In this document: one piece after another, positions 37,212 through 50,880 of the stretch | How positions within the stretch are numbered: position 1 is the stretch's first letter | Layout of the letters: each line of letters opens with the position of its first letter | DNA from: Marsupella aquatica | Taxonomy: Eukaryota; Plantae; Marchantiophyta | Direction of reading: 5' to 3' | Length of the DNA stretch: 64,000 nucleotides | Assembly (NCBI GenBank): GCA_973895155.1 | Contig: OZ316899.1 | Location: forward strand, 8,249,241 to 8,313,240 | The notes under the pieces: model-generated | Seen by the model: only the letters and a program-made list of their open reading frames with translations | Told to the model about the DNA's origin: nothing | The model's database searches: none | Position numbers and translations under genes: made by a program

Positions 37212-38978
37212 CAATGCATTACCAAGTTTTAGTAGTCTGGTCAACGGTAATATTTAACGGTAACTACGGTTAGCGTGATCTTCACAAAAACAGTTTAGCG
37301 GATTTTACATTGATATCTGTCACAATTCTTAGATTGTCGCTTTGTTTTAACGATAAGTAATACCCAATTTCATCGTAACATCTCTTAAATAGATTACATG
37401 GAGGGAGATAGCACTGATCAATCGGGTATAATACTCCATCAACTATCTATTAATTTGGTACGGAGATTCAGTACTTGATCGTGAGATTTGTAGTGTACGA
37501 CTGTTTGTACAACACTCATCGCGGGAGACGATGGATGCAGTCCCCTCCTCGTCGAGGGGGTATAGTGTTGTTGGGGATCGTGATCGTGGCTATTGCAAGT
37601 CTTTTGAGTCTTCATTTTCAGGTTCAGTGTATACACATCAAGTGACGAGGTCAAGCGCATCGCTTGTTCCCATCTCAAGTAATTTGTTTCCGAAGCCGAC
37701 GCAAAAAAAGATGGAGAATGTTGACACATTTGCAATCGGAGATGTCTCATTCTCGGAGACCGACCTTATTTCAAAACATGTCATGTTCTTTGGGAAGGAT
37801 TTCCAAGGGTTTAACAAGGAGCCTCCTAGGATTCCGCTATGTCGGTTGGTGCACATGGAGGTCGTCCGCACTTTGCAAAAAGATAGCTCCTCCATTGACA
37901 AGTTGAAAGACTCTTTTCGTAGTATGGGATACAATTCGTTGATAGGAATGAGGTTTTATGTTCAGCCGGCGGACGCTGAGGGTGTGACGCTCACTTGCAC
38001 ACAGGAAATTTGTGATACTTGGGATCCAACATGGATATCCAAAAACAAAAAGTTCAAGGAAGAATGTGCGGCAGACCTCGATTTTCTCGTTCTGAAGGAT
38101 AAGATGTTCTCAGTTTTTGACGGGAACTATCGGTTGTACTCCTGGACGCTTGTCACTAAGGAGAATCCAGAAAACACGAAATACCACCCATGAGTGCTCT
38201 GTACTGTCTTCAATGGGGACAAGGGTTCACTGATTGAAATTGAAGTGGCGATGCACACCGTGAACCAGTAAGTTTGTCTTTTTAGCATATCTTGGAGAGG
38301 AATTGTTTTATGAGCGCCCGACGCTGCTTAAATGTTTTTCTAATTGCTTTCTTTTCCTTCAGGCTTGGACAAGCCGTGGTCGAACCGTCATGGATCCTTG
38401 ATGCAGATCGAATCAAGAGGATTTTGATTCACGACCTGGAGTACTATAGTAAGCTCATTGACCCTGCACATTATAAGAAGTTTGAGCAGATCAGGTTGAA
38501 GACGCGGAAAGGATCCTGGTACACAAAGAAGATGCCTCAAAAGGCTCTTGTCTATATTCTATGTGAGAATAAGATTAAATCATATTCTAACCAGTTCAAG
38601 CTTGACATGGAGTCCGCTGCGGCCCTAGGTACCCCTTGGTCGGCCGAGGAGGTTTCCACAAGGCATGCTGTAATGATGAAGGAGGCCACCAAGGAGTGGG
38701 CAGTGAAAACATCAAAAATCACTCCTTTGTTGAGTCCAGAATTTGAGGACTTTCTGTCTACGTGCGTAGAAATGTATGCTGTGACAGAGAGAAATAAGCG
38801 AGAGAAGAAACCAGATACCGTCTTGTGTACGATGGACCGAGCCAGGCTTTTTACTGCTGTTTCCGCACTCGACCCCAAGCTCAAGAGTACTTTGCTTGTC
38901 GCCCATTGCAATCCTGAGCTCCAAAGGCAATTCTTCCATCTGAACAGCGTCAATGATGATCCAGTAAAACAGTGGTGT

Positions 38979-41009
38979 TGTAATGCTGTACATTAGTTAG
39001 AAATGATGGGAATTTTATAAATTTTAAACTTTTTCTAACTCAAAGGTGCAATTTAGTTACCTTTTGTAGTAATTTAGATCAACTGAACACTTTACCTAAC
39101 GTTATGCTTCATCGGAGGCTATTGCCTCTATTGGATAAGGATCGACAATATAAATCCTTGCTCTTTACATGCTACCAAGAAAGAAGACTGGACATCATTG
39201 GAGAAGCAATGTAGGCTAGAAGATTCAAGAACCGGACTCCAAAACACTTCTTCAGCAAGAATGAGCTCTGTGTGCAATTATCACGATCAACCGATCTTTG
39301 CTATTTTAATTAAATAGCTATCATAGTCAGAAAAGTCTCATACTTTTTCAGGAGTTAGTAGTTACACCTGCAAGTTTCATCTCAAACCGACATGTGGTTT
39401 GAAAGTTAGAATTAATTTAGTTTTACTGTTTTTCGCATAGCCGCGACTTCGCCGACGCTTTGTGAAGCGTCCCTTGTATTTTTGGACGCTTTGAGAAGCG
39501 TCCACCCAAGACCACGACGCTTTCTGAAGCGTCCACCACCCAACCAGCTGTACTCCGACGCTCTGCAATCCACATGAGCACCGACGCTCACAGAAGCGTC
39601 TGCTACCCCGAAGGCGACCTCGACACTGTGACGCCCACTGAAGCGTCCCGCCCGGAGCCCAGAAAATGGACGCTGCGACCAAAACCTCAAAATTCAGCCG
39701 ACGCTTTCTGAAGCGTCCATAAAAGTCCTTTGTAGGTTTGGACGCTTTCTGAAGCGTCCACTATGTTCCCGACACTTAGAAAAAATTTCAGTTTTCGCAC
39801 TTTTATAACACCGCCCCACTTTTACCGATTTATTTGAGGCACTTAGAGATCTCAGAAAAGTCTGAAACTTTGTCAGCATATAGACTATATGTAGTAGAGT
39901 ACCCTAGAAAAGTTTCAACTCCTTTCGACTTTTAGTTTAGAAGTTAAAATTAGATTAAGATAACTGTTTATTAGTTTTACCGAAAACACCGACGCTTTGC
40001 AAAGCGTCCGCTCAAACCTCGACGCTTTGAGAAGCGTCCCCTGCATTTTTGACACTTTCAGCAGTGTCCATTCACTTTTCAAGGATGACCGTCATTAAGT
40101 TTATTCAAGACCCTTTAAATATGAAAGGGCATGTCCTTTCTGTATCTCAGTCTCCTTGCGTTCCTGCCAGCCTATATGAAGTAGAATTTGTGTCATTCTC
40201 GAGTGTGAAGAAATAAAGTAGTGCCTATGGCATGTGCTGCAACACTGGAATCACCTTTGCAAAACTTTCGAGTGTTTTCGTATGGTATGGAGCTTGCAAA
40301 TGCAAAGGGATTCTTCTCCCTTCCTTGGTCTGAATGATTGAGAGTTTAGATCATTGAAGTAAAATTACTTGTATGAAGTTGAATCTCAGAAGTATGAGGG
40401 AATAGATTCCTTAAGTGGTGACAACCCATCTTCTTGAGTTCTTGATGCATAGTTTTTGGCATGACATTGCTTGTGCACGGATGCAAAGATTGTTACTCAC
40501 CAATTACCTGTGACTTCAATTTGATCATGATGGTGTTTATTATTCGTGACTCAGAGTACCGACTGGATATCGAAGTGATTGATTACTAGTTTCTTCTGAG
40601 TACCTTTGGAAGGAAAAGTTGAGACGTGTTGATGGCATTTTAGTAATCATCCTAGTACAGTAATCCATTCCAGAAATGTTCTTACAGATTTACCACCCAA
40701 ATAACATCAAATGAAGTATTGATGAGAAGTTACCTTGGTGTTTTCCAGACTCCCTCATTATACCTCAAGATTTCATTGTGTTTTGTTATTTATTTCCATT
40801 TTATTAATTGCATTTACAATGTTAAGCAAACATTCAAATCTATGTCTTGCTGAGCAATCATAGTAAAAGGCTCAAACCTGTGTTTTTGTTACCTTAGTCA
40901 TTCATAAGTGTTAAATGATAGAAAATCATTCCTTTCTTGTTCTTCCATGGGATCGAATACCGAGTTTTGGACATTAAATGCTGATTTATGTCCTTAGTGC
41001 AATACTACA
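38979..41009. mobile_element. Solo LTR C, 2031 bp, non-coding
   Basis: TGTAATGC...ATACTACA termini; 5-bp TSD GGTGT (38974-38978 and 41010-41014); host reading frame restored on removal. Confidence 0.88.
39450..40070. repeat. Dispersed palindromic repeats GACGCTTTNNGAAGCGTC inside solo LTR C
   Basis: About ten copies, e.g. 39454, 39485, 39516, 39700, 39741, 39991, 40021. Confidence 0.85.
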
Positions 41010-41648
41010 GGTGTCATACCTGGATTACGTGGAACAATGTACAGGGGATTGCAGGGGGGATGTTACAGTGTGCTTTGAGAGAGGTCCAACAAATCATTCC
41101 CAAGAATCGCTTGCAAGCCTGGGCATGTGAATCTTTTGAAGCTCTCATTGATATAGTTACTAATGATTTCAAGAGATACAGAGACTCGGTGAAGAGTAAG
41201 TTTTTTAATACAATGTGGCCTTCGAAGTATCTAGACAAAGAGGACTACTCTTTGAAGAACCAGAAGCGAGCAAAAAGGTACCTCTACCAATTTTACATCC
41301 ACATGGAAGTAACTAGACCTGATTACTTCTGGGCATATCCTGTCGCTTTTCAGAAGTGGACAGTAATATCAGAAGGTGACAATTTATCTGATTTGTACTC
41401 TATGTACCCCGCGGAGGGAATTTTCCCAGCGAGACCTTTAAGTGAATGGGAGAGAACCCACTATCCATGGTACCTAGATACATATAGATGGGACTCGCCC
41501 TTTAATCACCGAGAAAAGGATGCTTTCCACAAGCTCTCTAAGTCCTAGGTACCAGTCAATATTGTTTCTGACATGAAGCAGGGACTAGCGGACGATGTAG
41601 ATAAGTCCACAAAGAATTGCAAATGAACTGTGAGACCACAGTTGTTCT

Positions 41649-44600
41649 GACAATCAACTCAAGAAGGATATGAGCAACGTCAATCAAGCTGCTCATTTTT
41701 GGGGATGCCTGTTAGAATGGGCAACTGAGTACATTGGGACCTACGAGGACGAAGAATTGGAGAGAGCCGCTCGAGAATGGCAGGAGCTCGCTCGACTATG
41801 GGAGCTGTAGAAGTCTGCCTTCTTAGGAGGAGACCTCATCACGGCTGAATTCCTGTGGACGCCTACTGCCGACGAACTCGACGATCTTCTGTTTTGTGAG
41901 AATAGAATAGTCGGCATCCGGGAAGCCATCAACCGCTACAACGACATACACTGGGAGTTGAAGGGTAGCACGGAGGGGTGGACAAAGGCAACCGTGCTAG
42001 GAGAAACATCCACGGCAGGCGCTATGAAGAGGAAAGGGAACATCAATGAAGAGACCACCCCTGAAAAGAGAACAAGCTAGGTCGGCGGCACCAAGGAAGC
42101 CAGCCGAGCAAGGGAGCAAGAGGCAGGAAGAAGCCGAAGAAGAGGAGGTCAACCCCATTAATGTTGTTCAGACAAAAATGACACCTGGAAAGGCTGGGCG
42201 GCGACCCTCCCCAAGGAAGTGCAATTACACCTTGCACGTGAAGAGGATGCATGCTTTATGGCTATGCAGACTCAGAAGTACCAAGGCTTCATGGTCGGAT
42301 CCGGCTTGGAAGCCTTTGTGAAGTTACCATGACTGAAGCTGGAGGTGCCACTTATTAGAATTTGTGGGATCCTGGGAGCCCGAGTCCAATTCCACAAGGG
42401 TGTATGGGAAGGATTTCTATCTCACTCCTCGAGTGATTGCCAAAGCGTTTGGCTTGCCAATGGGCAATAAGACCAAAGTTGATACCAGGAACACCTTGCC
42501 TGACAAGGAGTTCCGATCATTCCCAGGGCCATCAACGAAGAATGGTTTCTTCCGGAACGCCTGCACCAACCCACACATTGGGAAGATGATCGATTTCTTG
42601 CGGGTAACCATGCATTGCAACTTGCCGAGGCCAGAGATCGGCAAGGCATAAGTTTACCTGGCGGAGAGGCCAGACCCTAGCCAAGACTACAACGGATACC
42701 TCCTCACCCAATTGAAGAAAATCTTGAAGGAGGAACAACAGGTGATCGACAAGGGAAGCGTGTCCCGGCTTGGCTATCATATGCCGTTGTTGTGCCGGTA
42801 TGCCCGAAGTCAGATATTTGCCCCGGTACTTCCCTTGCAGGCAAGAGCACCAGAGGAGGTTCCGGAACAGAGGCCGACAACAGAGAAACCAACCCAGCCC
42901 GATAGTCCTACAGTCAAGCAAGTGTTTAGGCCAAGGAAGGAAGACTTGCCGATGCAGCAACCAGGCATGCAGAATCTGCTGAAATTGTTGGAGAAGGAAA
43001 GGAGAATGGCAACAGGACTGGTACAGAATACTGCTCCCAAAGTTGGCCTAAGCCAACTTACTAGGGAAAACCCCTTTACCGGGGCCAAGGAGAGAGGGAG
43101 GCCAGAACACAAGCCGGGAGTCCGAATGTATGTAGGAGCCTCAAGTCCCAAAGCCAAGGAAAAGTAGCCCAAAGCTCCTAGTCGCGACAAGGAGAAGAAT
43201 AGATCAACCTGGAAGCCGGAGGAGGAACCAGGACCCGTGATCTGTGAGGCCGTGTTCACGGCAAAACCAGGAGAGCAACGGGGCGAGCCGATAGTCCAAG
43301 CCGCGGAGGAGGCGGTAGAAGGCTACAACAATGATGACTCCGGCTACGGGTCGGACCATCATGTTCCAGGAGTAAGGACCTGTGGCAGGTTCATCCCCAC
43401 TCTTCCAAGAGTAGTTGGAGGGGACCCCACCCAGTAGAGCAGCCCCGAGTCTCCCCCACCAGATGTTGCTCCCCCGAGCTTTGACGGCATAAAACAGATG
43501 GCACAAGAGTTTCAAGAGCGACTCAGGGAGGAAGAGAAATCCTATCAGGCGATTATTGTGCTATGACAGGAGCTTGCATCCCTGACGACCAGCTTCAAGG
43601 CCAACCTCCATGAGAAAGACGACCAGCTCGACCAGACTTATGCCAAGATGAATGAAATGGAGTTTGAGGTTGTAACGGAGCTCGACAAGGAGCTAAGAGC
43701 AACCCAGGAGGAGAGGGCTACCTTAAAAAAGGAGCTAGAGGAAACCCAGAGAGAGTTGGAGGAAGCCCAGAAGGAGCTGGAGGAGGCGCGCAAGGACCTG
43801 GACGAATTGCAGGAGGAGTTGGAGGAAAGCACGCGGAAGATGGAGAACTTACAGCGGCGAGCCTTCAGTGGCGGAACGGAGCGGCTGAAGAAACAGGCCA
43901 CAGTATTTAATTGCTTGGCTTCCTCAGGTCCAACTCCAATTGGGGCAACCAAGTTGCCAGGAGTAGTACTGGCCAAAGGACAAGCCGAGACACTTGCTCC
44001 GGTGCCGGAGGTAAGTGGCAAGGGGAAGGGACCAGCTGCCGAAACAGGGAAGAAGAAAAAGCAAAAACCTTATGGGTCAGGGAGTAACACGGCTTCTCAA
44101 GCCATCGTGACCAAGGAGGTAAACCCGGCACCAACCTCAAGCAGGGTCACGGTAGAGGATCCAACTGTCCTACAAGGCGGGGATGGCAAGGGCAAAGCCG
44201 GAATGCTCGGTGATGAGGCCGGTGTACCGAATCCACCACTAGAGCAGGTCGGGGAAGCCGTAGCCATATCAGAGGCCGTGGCCGATGCTGAGGCCAAAGC
44301 CGAGGGTGGACCCAGTCAGGCCAATGGAGAGTTGACTCGGTCCGGAGCAGGTAATCTGTGAGAGGACGGACCTACGGTAGTGGCTGCGGAGGAAGTGTTG
44401 GGAGCGTCCATTGAGGATCAGCCACCACTACCATGACGGTGGTGGAGGGCTGCTCCTTTTAAGGAGGGCAGACGTGGAGGGAGGAGGCGTGAGTGGGCAG
44501 GGCGGGCTCATATCTCCAAGTTTAGAATTAGGATCAGGACCGAGAGGCGGCCCTGACACTTAGCTTAGTGGGATTGCGGATCCACTGGTAAGAGCAACAC

Positions 44601-45328
44601 TTGTGCTCCTGCCTCGTTGTACATAGGTAGATTACAGTCAGGTTAGATTAGGCTTATGCTGCAAGGAATTGGGCGGATCCACTGCCAGGATAAGTACCTA
44701 GGCAGCGGGGGGTTCAGGGCCTTCTTCCTTAGCAAGTTTTTAGTGCAGCAGCAGGGCTGGGATCAAGTAGTTAAAGAAGCTCTCGGTAGTTATGCTGTGA
44801 CCCTTGTGTATATTCATGTTTCCTCATACCTAAGATGAATAGAGTTGGCCTCATGGCTTAGTTCGCAGATCTTGTGTATGAGAAGTACTGTCTGTATGGC
44901 AAGTGCATGGTATAACTCAGTCAAAAGAAGTCATTTTGCTATTTGTGTGTCGCATTAACTTGTTTGAAGATTGCCCACATCAACCAAGAAGGGAGTAAGC
45001 AAGGTAGTAAGAGTTGGATGTGTCGAGTTGAGAGAGGTCTTAGCGGCTTACCCAAGCCAGTTGGGGATCATTCTGGCGGCGGAATCCAAACATACCTAAA
45101 GGAAGACCAGGAGAGGAGGACAAGGGAAGGCATAGAAGAGGCCGGCTACGTATCACATGACCCGATGAAGGATCTGTCCAATATATGTGTGTAAAATGTT
45201 AGTAGAAGGAAGTTAGCAGCGTCCCATGCCGCTAAGCCATGAAACCGGCCTCGCCAAGAGCAAAACCTGCGGGAATCGGCTTGTGCAAGGGGGTTTCTTG
45301 GGTTCAGGGAGCCATGGGACGCACCACA
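41649..45328 (+). repeat. Family-X LTR copy 4 acting as the 5' LTR of D (first ~350 bp missing; ~690-bp internal deletion near 43536)
   Basis: Colinear with ~10590-15006; deletion joins GGAAGAGAAA to TCCTATCA through GAAA microhomology. Confidence 0.92.
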
Positions 45329-45332
45329 TTTT

Positions 45333-45350
45333 TGGCGCTAGATGGAGGGG
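45333..45350 (+). other. Primer-binding site of element D (tRNA-Asn-like)
   Basis: TGGCGCTAGATGGAGGGG, identical to 4841-4858. Confidence 0.85.
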
Positions 45351-45486
45351 GCATTTCTTAAGCCGTGAGATATGAAGTTAGGAAGCAGCGTAGGTAATGA
45401 CTGAACCTACGTCGAGGGAGGAAAGAGCAATTCAACAGGAGAGAGCTCGTTTGTAGCAGCTCGCCGGGTGGCATGATACACAGCAA

Positions 45487-48390
45487 TTGAGAGGGGCAGA
45501 AAGAGCTAGTAGCTCCGAAATTGAAAGTGGCATCAAAGAAGAAATACCAGAAGAGGAGTCGGTAAGGAGAAGTGAGTCCCCAACCGACATGGGGGAACCA
45601 GAGGCATGGCCAGAAGAGAGGCTAGGAACCAGACTGAGCCAAAGGTTGCGCATTCATTACAAGGCATTTCATGGGAGAGGAGATGAGGATCCAGACGAAT
45701 GGTTGGATGACTTCGAGAGAACCGCTGCAGCAAATGGAGAATCAGCCATCAAGATGTAGATTCTTCCCGGCCTATTCAAGGGTGAGGCGAGGCCTTGGTA
45801 TAGAGCACTGGATGCGGAAGATCAAGCCATCTGGCATACCTTCAAATCACTATTTGTCAAGGAGTTTTGACCCATTGGAACCTCAGAGCTAGCAGTGCTG
45901 AAGTTGGGACGACTTCGGTTCAAGGAGAATAAATCCTTCAAGAAGTTCTTGCAACGCTTCCAAAAGCTGGTAAGACGTACAAAGACCAATGCATCTGAAG
46001 GTATGCAACTTCAATTATGGTTGGTGAATGCTTTACCGCAGAAGATGAGTTTTGCAATTAGGAAGGAGAACCCAAAGACTTTAGCCGAGGCAATTAGGGA
46101 TATTCAATTGTACATTAATGCAGATATCACAAGCCGGAAGAAACAGCTCAAGTCTAAGAGTTCCTCATCGGAGGAAGGATCACCCCATAAGAAAAAAGAT
46201 AAGAAAAAGAAACATTCTAAGAAGTCAAGAAGTGATAACTCAAGCTCGGATAGTGGAAGTAGCAAGAGTGAGTCATCTTCTAGTTCTGAAGAAGAAAAAT
46301 CTAGGAAAAAGAAGGGCAGAAGGAGGGGGAAGTTGAAAGTCAAGCTAGAGGCTAAAACGCCAGATAACATCGTAGCTCTTACCGAGCAGCTTACGGCTAT
46401 AATAGCATAGGTAAAGCCAAAGAAGAAAGTAGTACTGGAAGATAGCTCTGTATGGTGTGCCTTATGTTATAAAACTGGACACCGTAAAGATGCATGTCCT
46501 AAACTCACTACTAGTCATGTTTGGCATATAGCTGAGGTCAGACCGTGTCAGGGAGAAGTAGAGTACTTTCTAGGGGATGCCACTGATAGTGTTTTTGGCA
46601 TCAGTGAGATTGGAGCACGAGACCTATCCAACCAACCTGCATCTCTCTGGTCAGGATTAAGGAACAATCCGGGAGAGATGTATCCTTGGATTATTCAGAA
46701 TCCATCAGTACCTCCTAGGCCGAATGTGCAAAGATTTGTGGCATGCTATAATTGTGGTCAACCTGGCCATTTTGCTAGAGAATGCCCGAATGCACGCAAA
46801 CAAGGTGATGGACAACCAGCTCAGCTATGTATGGGATGCCAACAGGAGGGTCACATGCTAGGACAATGTCCTACTTGGTTGGCAGGACTGGCCGCAAATC
46901 ATAAGCTCTTGCCAGTCAAGGTCTTGCCACCAGGTACTACCCCAAGAGGAGTTCAAATCAACCACATCAAACTTGGATGGCAAACGGATGCCGAGGCTGA
47001 GTTTGGACCATCTGATGATGAGGCCGAGGCCCTATCAACATTTTCAGAAGAGGATTTGGATCATGATTGCTACCGGGTCTCTACTCGATCCACCAGAAGG
47101 AAGGAAAGGTGGGATGGGCTGGCCAAAAATAAAGGGAAGGTTAAAGAAGAAAAGATTGACTCTTCGTCAACATCAACGGAAGGAGAAGGAAGGGCGCCGG
47201 CAACACAGGTAAGCCATGAGCCCACCAGTGAGTCCAATCCTTCACAGGACAGCGACTTCAATCGAGACCACCCTAAGTTGTTCTACCCCTCTATTACGGC
47301 TAGTGTTAAGGAACAACTATGAGAATTGGAAACCCTGGAGAATACCGAAGCCATAGCTAAGGATGTGAAACGAGCAAAAGCATTTTTTGCTTCGGAAGAT
47401 CCAAGGGCTGTGGAAACTAGCGTGAAAAAACAGGCCAAAGCCAATATGAAGACACCGGCAGAAGAGAAGCCGATAGTCCCCTATGACCTGGCTAAAGATG
47501 TACTAGAATCTAGAGTCTCGGCAACAGTAGGTCAACTGTTGAAAAATAGCCCGTACTTCCGGAAGTAGTTAAGGAAGGCCATTCTCGGCAAGCCGAGATT
47601 ACCCAAGGCAGCAACCAGATCCGACGTGCTGATGATAGAAGAAGATCAAGGAGCCCCAACATTACCATTAATGATTCAAGGAGAAATATTACTACGGGTA
47701 CCCATTGATGGAGGATCAGGGGTATGTATTATGATTGATTCAACATCAAAAGGATGGGGACTAACACCGGAGATGACTGAAAGAGTGTTGAACATGGCCA
47801 ATGGGTATCAGGTCATTCCCACGGGAGTGTTAACCGGCATCAAGACTGAGATAGGAGGGATCTTCTTTAGCATTAACTATGTAGTAATGAAGCCCGTAAA
47901 CCCTACGTCATTTCGGCTATTGATTGGCAGGCCATGGTTGTATCTAGCCAAGGTAATAGAAGATTGAGGGAAGAAGGAGTTCACTTTTGGAACCCCCGCT
48001 ATCACGGTATCTTGGGACACCAAGGATGACCGTAGGAGAAGCATCAGGGAGGTAGACGGGTACGACAGTGGACTGGAATCAGCAGAAGAGGTACATTAGC
48101 TAGAATGCCTCACTGGCCTGACCGAAGAAAGCATCTTTGGACCAGAAGTGTCCCCCAGCGGACTATGGCAAGAACCTTTGGAGAGTGACTTGGAGGAATG
48201 TGAAGCAGAAACCGAGGACTGCTTTGCCATAGAGTCCACCTTTTTAGCTTCAATTCCGGAGGAAGCACAAGAGGTGGACCAGTTGGATGAAACGGCTAAG
48301 TGGGGAGCTGCACCCAAGACAGTGGATTTTCCTCAGGCGTTGTGGCAGAGCTGGCAGGATCCACAATGCCGTCTATCATCGGCAATAAAT
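45487..48390 (+). pseudogene. gag: gag-protease of element D with stops
   Basis: DEDPDEWLDDFE...GEARPWY; knuckles CALCYKTGHRKDAC, CYNCGQPGHFAREC, CMGCQQEGHMLGQC; protease PIDGGSG...LLIGRPWL. Confidence 0.9.
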
Positions 48391-49129
48391 TAAATACCAA
48401 GGAATCGGCATACAATCTTATTACAAGGGCAAAACAAATTGAGGCCCTATTAGAAGCTGGAAGAGCACAGCGGCCTGACCCTCAGGAGGCAGGAATGGAT
48501 GAGATGCACCAGCTCGCAAACCTAGCAACCCGTTGCAGCTGTGAAGCTTGGCTGATTACTCCCTCAGTAATAGCACAACCAAGCTCTCCCCAACACGCAG
48601 CGTCCAAGTCCAGCCTTGCTTGCACAGAGCTCCTCCCTGCTGCTCAGTCTAAGTGAGATCACACAACTGAAGTCCCCCCCCCTTGCCTCTACCGGGGGGC
48701 TGCTCTATATACTCTCATACTGAGCCCAAATGGGTGGATACTACGCTGCTGGAGCCCCATCCCAGCCCTAACAGAGCCGCCACTATCTCTAACTACTGAA
48801 CCCTAACTCGCAACTTTATTTCTATCTCGAATTGACTATGTACTTCGGATTTGGCCCTCCTCCATGGTTTTTGCGAGCTTGCGCCTCCTCTCCCGATTTC
48901 TCTATTCAACCATTTGCTGCGTGGATAGCAGCGTTGGAAGCGGCTTGAGCTCCTCTTTCCAGCGAGGTCAATTATAGTCAATTTGGCCAAATACACAAAA
49001 AGTTATGCCCCCGCAACCGAGAGGGGGTACTCATTGCTACGCTAACCCGAGTTACATAGCTAACCCGAGTTCGGCTAGCCTAGCTATCCTATCTAACCTT
49101 AGAAGAGTTAACCCATGGCCTCGGGCTAA

Positions 49130-49460
49130 GCCGCTATCCGTGTCCATTGTCCGTGTCAGTTGTCCGTGTCCGTTATCCGTGTCCGCTATCTGTGCCTGCT
49201 ATCTACTATCCGTGTCCGTTGTCTGTGTCCGTTGTCCGCTATCCATTGTCCGTGTCCGTTGTCCGCTATCCGTTGTCCGTGTCCGTTGTCCCGGGTTTAG
49301 TCTAACCCCAATCTAAATCCGCTAGCCACTAGCCACTATCCGGTATCTGTATCCGCTAACCTCTATTTGCTATCCGCTATCCGTGTTTGCTATCCGTGTC
49401 CGCTAACCTCTATCCGTATCCACTATCCGTGTCCGCTAACCTCTATCCTTATCCGCTATC
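49130..49460. repeat. Degenerate short-period tandem repeat (TCCGTG / TCCGCTA / TCCGTTG)
   Basis: Continuous 6-7-nt units; lies in an unassigned, LTR-like non-coding segment ~48400-50850. Confidence 0.85.
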
Positions 49461-50880
49461 CCGGGTTACACACTAACCCGTCACACTAATAAGATCATAT
49501 CTTTCCTAATACACCTCCGTTTTGAGAGTGTTTTATATCGATTTTACTCGCCTTGACCAGATCTTTCCAATGCTCTTTACAGATCCGGATTTGGTGACAT
49601 ATTGAAAGAGATATGGTCGCCGACCACCCGCGACATAGCTTTTATTTCCCTACTCTTAATGCCATGATTGCCCTTATTCTTGCCATCTTGCTAATTGTTA
49701 TGCAATATCAATAGCTACTCTTTGCATACAGCAGCCTAGTTAATCAGATTAAAGAATAAGGACCATGTCATCGGCGTCACACCAACACTCAACATCTCGT
49801 GCTTGAAGCTAGCTCTTCTAATTCTAGTGCAGCAGTAAGTCTGATCAGTTGCCAGCCCTTCAATTTCATAGCCCACCGTAGCTCATAGCCAGCCAACTAG
49901 CTCTTGATCAGCAGCAGCCTATTCTCCATAGCAAGCAGCTCTATTCCAATTAGCAGCATCGAGGCAACCAGCCAATTCTAATCAGCATCCCATGCCTGAA
50001 GCTATAGCAGCTCAATTCAATTTTGTAGCTGCCTCTTGATCCCAATTCGAAGCAAGCATCTCATGTATTGACCCTTATGGTGTTCCTGACCTCGTGCTTG
50101 AGTCACCCCGGCCTCGTGCTTAAGTTGTGGTCGCCGCCGACGCGGTTGACACTTAGAAAAATTTCGGATTTTTTTGTTGGGAAAACAGTATTTCCAGGCC
50201 GTTTTGGACTGCTCCCAAGAATCACACATGAGTCCAAAATGACTTCTGAGTATATATACATATTCTCTGGACATGGTTTACTAATATCTAAACAAAACCT
50301 TATCACCGATTTTCTAAAATTAGGTAAAGTGGTTCAATTATTATGTTTTCCAAAATTCTTCTCACCTTTGAGATGCTCCCAAAAAGTAACCAAAGATACC
50401 CAGCTTCTACCACAAGTTTCCAGGGATAGAGTGGACCATATTTAACCCACTTCCAAACTTGGAACTCCTAAGTTTACTCATCAACTATTTTTCCCGGGAC
50501 CTGATATTTTGTTAATTTAAGTCACACCAAAACACAAGGAAACCCTAGGTTGAGACCCCACTTGACATCTAACTTTTTAGGGGTGCTCTAGGGACCTCCT
50601 AGCATCTATGGAAAAAATATGAACCAAAACTAAGACTTCAAGTGTCGGGTTGTTTCTCCGGCTCGGAATAGTCGCCTCTTCTAAATAAGGACGGAACGTT
50701 GTATGCCCCATCATAAAGACCTTTCTTATCCCCTGTCACTTGCTTAGAACTCAGTAACCTTCCATTCCACTATCTTTCCTATTCTACCTACTTAAGTTCC
50801 TAAAACCTAGTTACTCCGATAGCACTTAAAACGTCTTTCTTACTATTCCTTGTTCAAAAAGCAAAAAAATAACAAGTTTC

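Larger units (their letters stand above)
37531..41548 (+). pseudogene. ParB/sulfiredoxin-like domain gene, copy 2 (intron 38268-38362), split by solo LTR C
   Basis: PPRIPLCRLVHMEVVRTLQ...FSVFDGNYRLYSW; same intron position and phase as copy 1; removal of 38979-41009 plus one TSD copy restores KQWCHTWITWNN; start uncertain. Confidence 0.78.
41649..48390 (+). mobile_element. Ty3/Gypsy element D (parent family of the X LTR): truncated 5' LTR, PBS, gag, protease; lost after the protease
   Basis: X-type LTR ends GCACCACA at 45328, followed by TTTT, PBS and a gag homologous to that of element A; right boundary approximate. Confidence 0.9.

Noticed and set aside
39450-40070. Palindromic repeats as a CRISPR or REP array
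   Set aside because: Irregular spacing, degenerate copies, and located inside a TSD-flanked solo LTR
48390-50860. A defined LTR element to the right of element D
   Set aside because: LTR-like composition, but no matching termini, TSD, PBS or second copy could be identified by eye, so it is left unassigned
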